In this document: positions 40,465-50,664 of the stretch, one piece after another
Position numbering within the stretch: position 1 is the stretch's first letter
Layout: the number at the start of each line of letters is the position of its first letter
Virus record (IMG/VR): IMGVR_UViG_3300024294_000597
Origin: a virus
Strand: one strand, 5' to 3'
DNA length: 64,000 nt
Made by a program: the position numbers and the translations under genes
The notes under the pieces: generated by a model
The model's input: the letters and a program-made list of their open reading frames with translations, nothing else
Databases searched by the model: none
What the model was told of the DNA's origin: nothing

Positions 40465-41162
40465 CTTGGTGCAAACTCCTGTTGTAGTTTAATGTTATCC
40501 ATAAATTCTGTTTTTACATGTGCATTCTCAAAAAAAGAACCTTTGAGAACAGTTGTTTGTGTAAGACTACTATGAGCCATTATACCTCTATTCTCACAAC
40601 AACCATGTGTTGCTTGAATATACACACCTACATCATCTGAGCCTGTAACTTTACGAATTTCTCTGTTTATGTCCATTGCTAGTTCTTCTTGTAGTGTACC
40701 ACGCCTTGCACACCATTGTGCAATACGAGTATACTTGCTTAGACCAATAAGTTTGTCTGCGGCAATGATACCAATGTATGCAACACCTTTAACAGGTTGA
40801 TGATGATGTGAACAGACACTTGTTAGTTCCGAGCGAACAACAAGCATACCTTCATACTTGTCACCTGTTACATTATCTGGTTCATTAGGAAATGCAGTTG
40901 CAGGAGGGGGTAATTCATACCTACCTGCCATGAGTTCGTTGATATACATTTTAGCTAAACGTCTACCTGTATCCATTGAATTTGGATCAGTTTTTCTGTC
41001 TATTACTAAACTGTCTAATACGCCTTCAAACTTTTCAGTGAGTTCGTCTATAAGATTTTCTTTATCACCTTTTTCGATAATATCTGATATATTATCTCCT
41101 GCCCAATAACGAGCGCCCGAGGCATCTAATCGTGCCTTTAATATTTCGGAAGTCTTTTTCAT
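40461..41162 (-). CDS. folE: GTP cyclohydrolase I
   Basis: SVCSHH, IGLSK, LQEEL, HGCCENRG. Confidence 0.93.
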   Translation of the reverse strand: MKKTSEILKARLDASGARYWAGDNISDIIEKGDKENLIDELTEKFEGVLDSLVIDRKTDPNSMDTGRRLAKMYINELMAGRYELPPPATAFPNEPDNVTGDKYEGMLVVRSELTSVCSHHHQPVKGVAYIGIIAADKLIGLSKYTRIAQWCARRGTLQEELAMDINREIRKVTGSDDVGVYIQATHGCCENRGIMAHSSLTQTTVLKGSFFENAHVKTEFMDNIKLQQEFAPR

Positions 41163-41224
41163 TTATACTATGTTCCTTATCTATATTGTTGTGTATGGTG
41201 GAAAACCCACCCATATACAATACT

Positions 41225-41253
41225 ATTATATACGAGTGGGTCTGTAATGTCAA
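41225..41253 (-). promoter_or_regulatory. sigma70-type promoter TTGACA-N17-TATAAT for folE-queE-metK
   Basis: Perfect consensus. Confidence 0.8.
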
Positions 41254-41271
41254 TAGCTAATTTAAAATAAA

Positions 41272-41574
41272 TTAATATTGATATGGTTCGTCATTATATC
41301 CAAGTCCAGTTCTAGCTGTTTCTGTGATAGAACCCATGTCTTGTGTATCAACTACAACCAAGTCATTAACTGTTGAAAGATTAACATAACCTCTTGTGGC
41401 TGATGTTGAGCCTAAAGCGTCACCTCTATGTGTTGCACCAGATGTTGGTAAGTCTTGCGTTGATTCCGTAATATTACCAAAGTCTGCCATTTCACGCATA
41501 TCGATTGAACGTCTTACTTTAACCTTTGGACCAAGCCCTGTGTTATTCATAATCAGTGTTCTATATCTTGCCAT
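41272..41574 (-). CDS. Hypothetical protein (probably late)
   Basis: Start MARYRT after GGAG; ATAAATA at 41626-41632. Confidence 0.6.
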   Translation of the reverse strand: MARYRTLIMNNTGLGPKVKVRRSIDMREMADFGNITESTQDLPTSGATHRGDALGSTSATRGYVNLSTVNDLVVVDTQDMGSITETARTGLGYNDEPYQY

Positions 41575-41618
41575 GTTGTATTCTCCCATAAAAGTGATAG
41601 CGAGTGGGAGACCCACTA

Positions 41619-42689
41619 TCATCTGTATTTATGCAATTCTTTAACTAAATTATCAACAGAGTAAAAGTTTCTTACATTTTCAATTTCTTTTGACATTGCA
41701 TCTTCCATGTCAGAGTTTTTATTCATTAAGATACGAATATGTGTCTTAATTTGTTCTATGTTTTCTTTTACTGCATCTAAACTAGTTGTCCATTCGCTAG
41801 GATATTTGAACGTATCAGACCACATTTCTGTATATGATAGTCTATCTGGTACCAATGGGATAGCACCAACTACAAGTCCTTCAAATACAGATATACCTAA
41901 AGTTTCTTGTAAGTTAGCACTAAACACCATCTTTGCCTTACCAAGCATCGTGTGGTATTCTTCTTTCGATAAATTAAGTTCTTGACACTTCACCCAATTA
42001 TACTCGGGCATTTGCTCTGCAAGATAGTCAAAAACTTCTGGTTGCTTTTCAGGCGCTAACCTGTGAGGAAATAAAATAGTATCCTCTTTTGCCATACCCT
42101 TATAGTCTGCTAAATCGCTTTCTATATATTCCATAGGCCAACCCACTTGTCGTATAGAGTGAAGGAGTTGCCGGTCGATATCCCTATCGTCTTCAAAAAA
42201 TGTCTGGGTAAAAAGGTCAATATGAAATCTAGTTGCAAAGAAGTTATCATCGAAACATTCATACATTGACATTTCAGCATTTCGAACCCATGGACGGTTC
42301 CCTATTAATCTACCTAAAAAGTCATGAGGGTCATACGAACCCGCATGCCACATACCCCCAATCCGGATATCAATACCCAACAGTTCAGCCATATATTTTA
42401 ATTGGATAACTGTTGGGTTCCAAGCATCAGTGTACAGAAAATAATCACCATCTTTAATTTTGCCTTCACAAAACAGTTGTGAAATTTTTGTAATCTGTGC
42501 CGCCTTGTAGATATTAGTACCACCGAAATTCAAAAAAGCACCGGGTGTAGTGGCTTCGGGAATGCCTGCACTAGGGCCGTCTATCACCGTCACATTCAGT
42601 CCGTTGTTTTTTAGAACAGTTGGGAAATGTGTCTTCCATTGCTTAGTGTAGCGGGATTCAACACTTTCCAAATCTACAAGATATATCAT
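41619..42689 (-). CDS. GT-B glycosyltransferase associated with the deazaguanine module
   Basis: FPHRLAPEKQ, QETLGISVFEG, PDRLSYTE (GT4-like signature). Confidence 0.8.
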   Translation of the reverse strand: MIYLVDLESVESRYTKQWKTHFPTVLKNNGLNVTVIDGPSAGIPEATTPGAFLNFGGTNIYKAAQITKISQLFCEGKIKDGDYFLYTDAWNPTVIQLKYMAELLGIDIRIGGMWHAGSYDPHDFLGRLIGNRPWVRNAEMSMYECFDDNFFATRFHIDLFTQTFFEDDRDIDRQLLHSIRQVGWPMEYIESDLADYKGMAKEDTILFPHRLAPEKQPEVFDYLAEQMPEYNWVKCQELNLSKEEYHTMLGKAKMVFSANLQETLGISVFEGLVVGAIPLVPDRLSYTEMWSDTFKYPSEWTTSLDAVKENIEQIKTHIRILMNKNSDMEDAMSKEIENVRNFYSVDNLVKELHKYR

Positions 42690-42692
42690 TCG

Positions 42693-43259
42693 TTACTCCT
42701 TTAGGATACTATAAACTTCGTACCCTTGAGATTTTAGTTTAGCAGAACCACCTAAGAAAGTCAAGTCCATAATACTTGCTATTCCTATAGTCTCTCCGCC
42801 TAGTCGTGTAATCAATGACGTTACTGCTTCCAGTGTTCCACCGGTTGCAATAACATCATCAAGTACTAAAACACGGTCGCCGTCTAACACTGAATCAGAT
42901 TGTAGGTGTAGTTCGTCTGTACCGTATTCAAGTTCGTATTCTGTAAAAATAGTTTCGCCTGGTAGTTTACCTTTTTTTCTTGCCATCGCAAATGGTCTAT
43001 GCATTTCTGCACTAAGGGCTCCTGCTAATGGGAATCCACGTGCATCTAATCCAACTATGCGATTGTAGTTATATGCAATTTCTGTTTCATATAACCAATC
43101 CTGAATGAGTGACATTACCTTAGATAGTCCTTGTGGCGTATTAAAAATACTTGCCATATCTTGGTACATAATACCAGGTTTAGGATGATCCGGTATAACT
43201 CGGACCATATCCTGTATATCCTGTGTTATTAATTCTCTGTAATCAGGTGTCATACTCAA
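42693..43259 (-). CDS. apt: Adenine phosphoribosyltransferase
   Basis: PDHPKPGI, GLDARGF, RKKGKLPG, YELEYG, VLDDVIATGGT. Confidence 0.93.
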   Translation of the reverse strand: MSMTPDYRELITQDIQDMVRVIPDHPKPGIMYQDMASIFNTPQGLSKVMSLIQDWLYETEIAYNYNRIVGLDARGFPLAGALSAEMHRPFAMARKKGKLPGETIFTEYELEYGTDELHLQSDSVLDGDRVLVLDDVIATGGTLEAVTSLITRLGGETIGIASIMDLTFLGGSAKLKSQGYEVYSILKE

Positions 43260-43704
43260 TCAACGCCCCATTTTCTCCGTCTTCGGATACTTCAATTTTA
43301 ACACTACGATTAGGATATTTCTCTGCAATCTTATCGAACAAATCATCACTCATCATTTCACATGACTTGTAATCTAGTTCTAAAGTTTTCTCTGCATATA
43401 GCTTCTCTAACCAACGTTTAAATTGGATAAACTCAATATCCCTGTCGTTGTGCGTGACTGTAATTGCTACACGAAAATGAAAGATATGTCGATGAGGATA
43501 TCCTAGAAAACTAACGTCATACTCATCGCCAGTTGCCAACGCAGGGTCATCAAGTGCCGCTGGATATTTGTGTATACCTTCTTTCTGAAACGTAACCCAA
43601 ATCCATCTTGTTGCATTCTGTTTTTGTTTTTTAATATCGTCTGCCATATTTGCCTTTCTACTTTCGTCTAACATAAAGTCGTAATAACCTTTTCTATTGG
43701 TCAT
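43243..43704 (-). CDS. queD: QueD-like 6-carboxytetrahydropterin synthase (phage type)
   Basis: EGIHKYP, HRHIFHF, IEF, SCEM, VSEDGENG T-fold pattern; context with folE/queE. Confidence 0.7.
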   Translation of the reverse strand: MTNRKGYYDFMLDESRKANMADDIKKQKQNATRWIWVTFQKEGIHKYPAALDDPALATGDEYDVSFLGYPHRHIFHFRVAITVTHNDRDIEFIQFKRWLEKLYAEKTLELDYKSCEMMSDDLFDKIAEKYPNRSVKIEVSEDGENGALIEYDT

Positions 43705-43897
43705 CTAGTTGCTCTTGTTCTTTTTCAAGTGCTACAATTTCTTCTTTAATTCTCATCTTTTCTACTTTCTTAACCTGAACATCTTGATACTTATTATAAT
43801 CTTTTGTAATCTGATTGTCAAGTGCCCGATGTACCTCTCTGAGTTTTTCTAATCGGCGTCCTTTCTTTTTAGCGAATGCTCTTTGTCCTTTTGCCAT
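43694..43897 (-). CDS. Small coiled-coil protein, YdcH/DUF465-like
   Basis: LREVHRALDNQI...KKVEKMRIKEEI; start after AAGGAGG. Confidence 0.55.
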   Translation of the reverse strand: MAKGQRAFAKKKGRRLEKLREVHRALDNQITKDYNKYQDVQVKKVEKMRIKEEIVALEKEQEQLDDQ

Positions 43898-43916
43898 TAT
43901 TTCCTCCTTGGTTGAA

Positions 43917-45458
43917 TTAGCTAAACAAGTCTGAAACAGTATCAGGTGTATCATACTCTTTACGTTTACCTTTGACTGCTTCCACAAACTCATCTGTCTT
44001 TGTATTTGCATCTTCGAACTCCATAAAATCTGGAGTTGTAGATATATTTTGAACACGTGATCCTTGACATTTGCGTAAAAATGCTTTGAAGTCTGATAAC
44101 ATGTTCATTGGATCATCTGATACAAATAATTCTTCAACAAATTTTGCAAAATACAATACTGTATCAGGCACAACATCACTTAACACATTAGTTTTGCCTA
44201 AGTTCATGTTGTGTATATCAATCTTATCATGTAACATTTCATATTCATGGTCAAATCTACGTAATGCATCTTGCATACCTTTGATATGATACTCTGTGTT
44301 ATGTGCTTGAATTAATATATAAGATAGACTATCCCAACTTGATTTGGCTTCTTTTTTGTTTCTATTCAACATGCCTGGTTGCATGTAATTGATATCTCTC
44401 ATATTAAGTCGAGAACCAATTTCCCCATCATACATCCAAGGTTGATCCGGATTAGAAATATCTTGTCTCCAGTTCAACTTCTTAGTCTTGTAAGACCAAG
44501 CGTTTCCATTCAAGTCGGGATAATCATATGCTAAACCTTTAGATGCAGTTATATATGGAGAAGCCGCATCAAAAGATATAGTGATATTTGGATTAACATG
44601 TTTTCGTAGTTGTCTCTGTATAGCAGTTAAGAAACAACCCCACGGGAGAACACTAATGCCTAGTGTATGTATCCAAACATCGTCACCTGCTAACATACCA
44701 TCATCACGCATTGTGATTAATCGTCTTAGCAGAAGTTCTGCATCACCGGCATGGTCGCCAGCCATAGCCCAACCTTCAAATGCTCTATCACCATATACTT
44801 TTGGGTCATTGAACTTTTTGACTGCTTGGTACCATTTCTCGCTTGTTTCCCAATTAGCACCATGTAGTGTATTGAGAAATTTAGTCTTACCGGGAATACG
44901 ATTGTCGATAAAAAATTGATGATTAAAGATTGTCTTTTCTAAACATTCATCTGCTGTTTTAAGACCTGTCTTATCACGATACTGCGGAAGATATCCCCAC
45001 ATAGGAATATCAAGTGTCATACTATAATCACAGTATTCTTCTAACCATGTCATAATACTACAACGTGTCTTTTGCCAATCTGCACCAGTTTCGAAATTAC
45101 TCCAGTCTAGCTTCCAAGCACCACTACCAATTTGATAGCCGCCTGAATCACCTACTAATACTGTGTTTTCTCTATCACGGTTAACGACCATACCATCATC
45201 AATTTTAGAACCTTCTAAATCAAGATTGGCATGCCCTGCGGAGTAAAGACCATGAGCGTAATGTACATAGCCTTTATCTTTATCCAAGATATTTAATCCA
45301 TCTAACCCGTGTTCAAATCCTTTAGGGATACGTTCTGGTGGGAACATATCTGTCTTGTCCGCATAATGCTGAGAGATTTTGCGAACATAGAAATTTGAAA
45401 TAGCCGGCAAAAAGATTGCATAACCGGAACTTAGATTATTTTTACCTAAGTCTTTCAC
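43917..45458 (-). CDS. dpdA: TGT-fold transglycosylase, probable DNA 7-deazaguanine insertase (DpdA-like)
   Basis: GDSGGYQ, MTLDIP, IHTLG, ISFDAASP; located between the sliding clamp and queD. Confidence 0.7.
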   Translation of the reverse strand: MKDLGKNNLSSGYAIFLPAISNFYVRKISQHYADKTDMFPPERIPKGFEHGLDGLNILDKDKGYVHYAHGLYSAGHANLDLEGSKIDDGMVVNRDRENTVLVGDSGGYQIGSGAWKLDWSNFETGADWQKTRCSIMTWLEEYCDYSMTLDIPMWGYLPQYRDKTGLKTADECLEKTIFNHQFFIDNRIPGKTKFLNTLHGANWETSEKWYQAVKKFNDPKVYGDRAFEGWAMAGDHAGDAELLLRRLITMRDDGMLAGDDVWIHTLGISVLPWGCFLTAIQRQLRKHVNPNITISFDAASPYITASKGLAYDYPDLNGNAWSYKTKKLNWRQDISNPDQPWMYDGEIGSRLNMRDINYMQPGMLNRNKKEAKSSWDSLSYILIQAHNTEYHIKGMQDALRRFDHEYEMLHDKIDIHNMNLGKTNVLSDVVPDTVLYFAKFVEELFVSDDPMNMLSDFKAFLRKCQGSRVQNISTTPDFMEFEDANTKTDEFVEAVKGKRKEYDTPDTVSDLFS

Positions 45459-45461
45459 GCT

Positions 45462-46217
45462 TTAATTACCTGATTTAGCTGGTAAGATGTATTCGTATAG
45501 ACCTAATCCGCTATCTACTTGAATCATCATTGCACCTTGGTCTGAGATTTTAACACTCATTGTGCTAGTATCACCAAGTTTCAAAATTGTAAGTACAGTC
45601 GATAGAGGGAAACTCCAACCAGTGTTTAGTTCACCGTTAACATTCTGTGCGAATGGAAGTTCTACTCTGTCTGTTGAACGGTCACCGATAAAGAATTTCA
45701 GTACACCGTCTACTGTCTTAACAGTAAAGAGTGGATCAAATGCTCCTAGAATACCTGCAAAGTATTGTAAGTCTTTGATTGCTTTTTGTGTTGGCATAAC
45801 TTCAACGTCCCATTTGGCACCTTTAAAGTTTGCTGTTTTAATCTGTGCATCAACAAGTTCACTTACGATTACACGATAAGTTGATTGCATTGCACCTTCG
45901 ATTGAGAATGATAGTTGTGTAGGGACCATTTCGCCATTGCGTTCCTCATGTCCAACTTCTACACCGGCTTTAACTGATTTACCTTCTCTATCTTCACCTT
46001 CATAGTTTAGATAACCGTTGAGTACGCCTAGTCTACCAAGACCAAACTTGCCTTTGAATTCGTTAACTGGTGTATGTAGTTTGCCTCGTAACACCACTGT
46101 TCTATCGTCATCCATAGCATCAATCGTTGTACCAGTATCATCTGTAGTGACTTTAGCCGCTTGAATGATACCTAACGAATGAGTATGCTTAACAATATCC
46201 TTTAAAATATCCTGCAT
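45462..46217 (-). CDS. DNA polymerase sliding clamp (gp45/PCNA-like)
   Basis: Size, beta-rich pattern, C-terminal YEYILPA, adjacency to polB. Confidence 0.7.
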   Translation of the reverse strand: MQDILKDIVKHTHSLGIIQAAKVTTDDTGTTIDAMDDDRTVVLRGKLHTPVNEFKGKFGLGRLGVLNGYLNYEGEDREGKSVKAGVEVGHEERNGEMVPTQLSFSIEGAMQSTYRVIVSELVDAQIKTANFKGAKWDVEVMPTQKAIKDLQYFAGILGAFDPLFTVKTVDGVLKFFIGDRSTDRVELPFAQNVNGELNTGWSFPLSTVLTILKLGDTSTMSVKISDQGAMMIQVDSGLGLYEYILPAKSGN

Positions 46218-46246
46218 TTTCTTTCTCCTTATGGTTTATTAATACT

Positions 46247-46275
46247 ATATTAACACTATTTGCTATCAATGTCAA
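46247..46275 (-). promoter_or_regulatory. sigma70-type promoter TTGACA-N17-TAATAT
   Basis: Directly readable upstream of the clamp. Confidence 0.65.
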
Positions 46276-46801
46276 TACCCTTTTTAGTTTTTCCTGCTAC
46301 TGGATTATCTACCCAATGTATTTGGTTTGGAGGCATAAAACCCCATATAAACCAAGCATTACCGAATGTAGGCGAACCTTTTCCAGTAAAATCAATACGA
46401 TAATTATACACAAGTGCGGACATTCCTTTGTCCATAAACATCTTCCCTCGTCTTGCTCCCTGAAAACTTGTCACGGGAAGTAACAAAGCAAACGGCTTAT
46501 CTAATGCATAACAATGCTCTAAGAATTGGTCTTTCTTGCTATACGGTGGATTAGTTATAATGCCATCATAGACATCACTCCGTGTACAATCAAAGAAATC
46601 CCTACCATCAGACCCAACAATATTATAACCGTATTTGTTGAATCCGGAAACAATGCTACCGCTTTTTTCACTAGTCGCTTCATAATAAGTCTTATCCTTA
46701 TCTAAATATTTTAGCAGAGGAAGTATTTGATCCTCTGGTGTATAGCATTCATCAGACGCTTCATTAGTCGCTCTACGATTAATTAAGTCAGTATATGACA
46801 T
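46256..46801 (-). CDS. Small N6-adenine DNA methyltransferase-like protein
   Basis: DECYTP, DFF, ITNPPYS. Confidence 0.75.
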   Translation of the reverse strand: MSYTDLINRRATNEASDECYTPEDQILPLLKYLDKDKTYYEATSEKSGSIVSGFNKYGYNIVGSDGRDFFDCTRSDVYDGIITNPPYSKKDQFLEHCYALDKPFALLLPVTSFQGARRGKMFMDKGMSALVYNYRIDFTGKGSPTFGNAWFIWGFMPPNQIHWVDNPVAGKTKKGIDIDSK

Positions 46802-47553
46802 TATTTTATTCTCTCCAATTTAGGTGCAATAAAATCTCTTATCATTTCTTCATTAGTTTCATCATTGAAATGATTACCATCGCATGTAATATCTTTATCG
46901 GCATACTTCTTTGTATAATACTCATGTGCATTTGTACCATCAAAGTCTATATACAATGATTTCTGTAGCATTGATTCAAATCCAGGATAGTTATAGAAGT
47001 CCCACGATTTGTGCCATGTTACAACCTTTATATCTAATAGTTTGCATAATTTAATTGCCTGATACACATCTAACATGCCCCAAAACTCTGGTGACATATG
47101 ATTTGCCGCCATCTGTTCTTGTGTTTCTTTCCAATGCTGAAAAGTTTTTCTAGTTTTTGCAAACCATTCTTCTTCCATATCTTGCGTTAATGCTCTCATA
47201 AATTCATATATCGATGCAGAATCTTTATAAACATCATCTTCGATGATAGACATATCAGTGACATGTTTTATCTTTAGATAAGGTTCTGTAAGACATTTAA
47301 AGTTTAATTCTGACCTATTGTTTACTAACTCCATTAACAGAATATCAATGTTATATTTTTCTTTTAAGTATACAATCTTATTTAGGTAAAGTTCTGTGCC
47401 CTTGCTAGAACATGCTGAATTAACAAACGACATGTTTGTTGTATATTTCTCTAGCCATGTTTCAAATGGCAATGCTAAATTGTTTTCTCCGGTCTCTTTG
47501 TTATGGTGACAACCTACACTATAACTAGACCCTACTATTCCTACATTGTGCAT
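46801..47553 (-). CDS. SGNH/GDSL hydrolase-like protein
   Basis: VGSSYS block I, DGNH block V; start MHNV at 47553. Confidence 0.6.
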   Translation of the reverse strand: MHNVGIVGSSYSVGCHHNKETGENNLALPFETWLEKYTTNMSFVNSACSSKGTELYLNKIVYLKEKYNIDILLMELVNNRSELNFKCLTEPYLKIKHVTDMSIIEDDVYKDSASIYEFMRALTQDMEEEWFAKTRKTFQHWKETQEQMAANHMSPEFWGMLDVYQAIKLCKLLDIKVVTWHKSWDFYNYPGFESMLQKSLYIDFDGTNAHEYYTKKYADKDITCDGNHFNDETNEEMIRDFIAPKLERIK

Positions 47554-47554
47554 A

Positions 47555-50350
47555 TCAAAAATCAAACAGATTGGTGAATTGCTCAGACGCATCAGCATCA
47601 CTTAAGTCCCACTTAAGAACACCAATAAGATTATCTAGTTTCTTATCAATAATTGTTGATTCCATTAAATCATCATCAAAAGGAAGTTCTTGAAACCATT
47701 CAGGAATACGCTTTTCATCAATTGGAATTGCAACACTTGTCATTTTTAAAGCGTTTGGTTTAAGTTTACATACAATAGTCTTCATACCATCGGTAATTTC
47801 AACAGAATATTTGTCACCATGTAATTCACGTAGTGTATTCCAATTCAAAGCCGCACTAACATGTCCCGGCAAGTGTACTTTATCTTTTTTGCTATTATTT
47901 CCCTCTAGTTTGAAATCTTTGCCTTGTTGCTTTGCAATCTTTTTTACTTTATTTCTATACATAGTAAGATTATTAACACGTTTAGGAGTACCTTTCTCCC
48001 AACCAGGCTTTGCTCTGAATTCTTTCTTAAATATCTTAACCATATCGATTACGTTTTGTTCTGTACCGTCTGTTAGAATTGTAACAAGAACATCACTCAA
48101 AAAGTTCTGCATATAATCAGGAGTATCACTACGTTTTAAATCGAGACCCATAGCTTTTACTTTACCAGGTTTACCATCTACGTCTTTTCTTACGCCTTCA
48201 TCATCAAAGATAAGCATTGCGTATCGTTTCTTCTTAATGAAGATACCCATAGTTGCACAGTTCTCTCGACCCGCCGCAATAATCTCACCTTGTTTGCGTG
48301 GAGCATTAAAGAAGTCTTTCATAAAGTCAGGGAAACTTGCATTGACTTGATTTGCAATTTCATCGTACAGTTCAATAACTTTTTCTTTAGTCCATTCAAT
48401 CTTACCTGCATCAATGTCTTCCTTGTAAACAGGATACATAGAATAATAGATACTATCTGTATCACCATAGATAATGGACTCGCCTTTGTAATCATAAGTA
48501 CCAGCGATTACTTCATTAGTTTTAGCACCCATGTGTCTTGTAATACAACGACCAGATAGAGTTGTACTTTGACCAATACGTTTGTCATAAAATCTACAAC
48601 CAGCGTTCAAAATCGCACCATACAAACTGTTCAAGTTAATCTTCTTAACTAGCTGTCGTTTATCCCAAAATGTAATAGCTTCTTTGTCGCCATCTTCAAT
48701 AGCTTTTTTCTTGTTTGCTTGTAGTATCTTACGTTCAGCATACCAACGTTCTAATAAACTAGGAATGATACCTTGTACGTCTTGTTTTAGAATTGTACCA
48801 TTGGCAGTAATTGCCCATTGCAAGTCACTTTGAAATACTAAGTTGTGTATCTCTGCGCCTGTCATTTCATTTCGAACATCTTTATTATCTTCTAATACAA
48901 GATTAATCTTTTCTGTTTTATCTTTTTCATTAACAAGTCTAAATTCTTCTGCACTAAACGTATCTTCCCAAGCCTGCGCCGCACCAAAGCCTTTACCGCC
49001 ACCTCGTCTACCATTAGCAATTCTATCACCAATCATTTTTTCTGTTAGAGTTGGTTCGAGTTGTGCAACAATAGTTTCTGGAGACATATTTAATGCACGA
49101 ATAATAGATGGATAGAGTGAGTTAATATCAATACCTGATACCCATCGTTGAATTCCAGTCTTTGGATCTGCAACAAAGGCGCCCGCGGCTTTCTGTTTCT
49201 CTGCCGCTTCTAACTCTGCGTCAGTGGGTTCAATATCTTCTTCTGTCCAGTCACGCTTCTTTCTATCTGGAACAACCATACCTCGTCTATGTGCTTCATT
49301 AATGATTGCTTGTTCTGTAACTGCAACTGCACCCATAGTTGTTTTGATATTAACTGTATTGTCGTGTGCAATTTCATTTGCTAAATCAATAAATTGTAGC
49401 TTCTTATCCATTTCACCAAGAAGTGCAACGTCCTGTCTGTTGTATTCAACAAACTTATAGAAGTCTCTGTTATACAATTGGTCTAGTGTGCCTTCATATG
49501 CAATTTTCTTTTCACCAAGTTCGTATTCGCCGATAGCATCAAGTGAGTACGAATGCATTTCGTGGTATGTATACTTACGATAAAGTTCAAGATAGTCTAG
49601 GTGAATTCGCCCTGACAAATCATATGTAATTTGTTCTCTGCCATATTTGACTACTTTTCTTTCATGCGGAAGCAAGTCCCATAAACACAGTTTGCGTGTA
49701 TGTGATTTACTCATCATGCGAGTAATACGTCTAACTGTATATGGAATATCAAAACCTTCTGAGTTCCAACCTGATAAAACATCTGCATCATCAATCAATG
49801 CAATGAAATCATTTAACATATCTACTTCATCAAGATATAAAAATGTATCATCAAATTGATTACAAATGCGTTCTGCTTCTTCAAGTCCTTCTCCCTCTTG
49901 CATATGTTTAGGAGGGATAGCGAATGTTACAAGTTTATCTAACCACTGTAGATAAACAGTGATTGCAGTGATAGGCATAAAGGGATCCTCTGGTGGAGCA
50001 AATCCCTTATCTGCATCAAAGTCTACTTCGATATCAAAAAAAGCAGTATGTAGCTTTGGAGAATCTACACCGTTGTAGTTCTCACTTAAGCATCTTACTT
50101 CTGGTTTGATATCGCTTTCGTATAGTGACTTACCTGCATTTATTCTTCGTTCTTTGTGTAGGTCTTTGAGCCGTTTACACTTTACTTCACGGACTTTATC
50201 TCCGTGAATACTTAAGTGTTGTCCTCGAGGATCTTTCACATAGAAAGTTCGCCATGCAGGGAAATCGTTATAGACACGTTTTCCATCGACACGTTCTATT
50301 ACTTGAACAATGTCTTTATCTCTATTGTAATAAGCGTCTACATAACTCAT
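47555..50350 (-). CDS. polB: DNA polymerase family B
   Basis: FDIE, GWNSEGFD, DINSLYPS, KINLNSLYG, YGDTDS, KKRY; no intein. Confidence 0.97.
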   Translation of the reverse strand: MSYVDAYYNRDKDIVQVIERVDGKRVYNDFPAWRTFYVKDPRGQHLSIHGDKVREVKCKRLKDLHKERRINAGKSLYESDIKPEVRCLSENYNGVDSPKLHTAFFDIEVDFDADKGFAPPEDPFMPITAITVYLQWLDKLVTFAIPPKHMQEGEGLEEAERICNQFDDTFLYLDEVDMLNDFIALIDDADVLSGWNSEGFDIPYTVRRITRMMSKSHTRKLCLWDLLPHERKVVKYGREQITYDLSGRIHLDYLELYRKYTYHEMHSYSLDAIGEYELGEKKIAYEGTLDQLYNRDFYKFVEYNRQDVALLGEMDKKLQFIDLANEIAHDNTVNIKTTMGAVAVTEQAIINEAHRRGMVVPDRKKRDWTEEDIEPTDAELEAAEKQKAAGAFVADPKTGIQRWVSGIDINSLYPSIIRALNMSPETIVAQLEPTLTEKMIGDRIANGRRGGGKGFGAAQAWEDTFSAEEFRLVNEKDKTEKINLVLEDNKDVRNEMTGAEIHNLVFQSDLQWAITANGTILKQDVQGIIPSLLERWYAERKILQANKKKAIEDGDKEAITFWDKRQLVKKINLNSLYGAILNAGCRFYDKRIGQSTTLSGRCITRHMGAKTNEVIAGTYDYKGESIIYGDTDSIYYSMYPVYKEDIDAGKIEWTKEKVIELYDEIANQVNASFPDFMKDFFNAPRKQGEIIAAGRENCATMGIFIKKKRYAMLIFDDEGVRKDVDGKPGKVKAMGLDLKRSDTPDYMQNFLSDVLVTILTDGTEQNVIDMVKIFKKEFRAKPGWEKGTPKRVNNLTMYRNKVKKIAKQQGKDFKLEGNNSKKDKVHLPGHVSAALNWNTLRELHGDKYSVEITDGMKTIVCKLKPNALKMTSVAIPIDEKRIPEWFQELPFDDDLMESTIIDKKLDNLIGVLKWDLSDADASEQFTNLFDF

Positions 50351-50611
50351 TTACAGGGTGCGTCCTACAGTCTCTAACACTTCTTCAACATCAGCAAAGT
50401 CTTGTTTTGCTTCTGTTAGTTTTGCCTTATGTGCTAGGCTAATCGCTTTATTTAGAACACCTGGTTTGATATCAAACTCATCTGCGATTGCTTTAACTGT
50501 ATCACGTAGACCACCTTTAAGGTCTTCACATTCCTGTAAAACTGAACAACCTTCATCCACGAGTTGTGTTAGTTTTGCTTTGTCTTCTGGACTTAATGTA
50601 TCGATTGACAT
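50351..50611 (-). CDS. Small dsDNA-binding protein (T4 DsbA / GapR-DUF2312-like)
   Basis: 86-aa helical protein, LRDTVKAIADEFDIKPGVLNKAI. Confidence 0.55.
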   Translation of the reverse strand: MSIDTLSPEDKAKLTQLVDEGCSVLQECEDLKGGLRDTVKAIADEFDIKPGVLNKAISLAHKAKLTEAKQDFADVEEVLETVGRTL

Positions 50612-50630
50612 ATAGTTGCCTCCTTAGGTT

Positions 50631-50664
50631 AAAAAAGAGCGCCCTATTTCTAGGACACTCTTTT
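50631..50664 (-). terminator. Rho-independent terminator
   Basis: GAGTGTCCTAG-AAA-TAGGGCGCTC-TTTTTT on the minus strand. Confidence 0.7.

Noticed and set aside
41163-41225. preQ1 riboswitch upstream of folE/queE
   Set aside because: A hairpin is present but lacks the preQ1-I loop and A-rich 3' tail pattern.
46256-46801. Phage CcrM responsible for the GANTC sites
   Set aside because: Only 181 aa with NPPY after the SAM-binding region; size and motif order do not match beta-class CcrM; specificity unknown.
18316-50350. Introns or inteins in thyA and polB
   Set aside because: Both are continuous, of normal length, and lack splice motifs.
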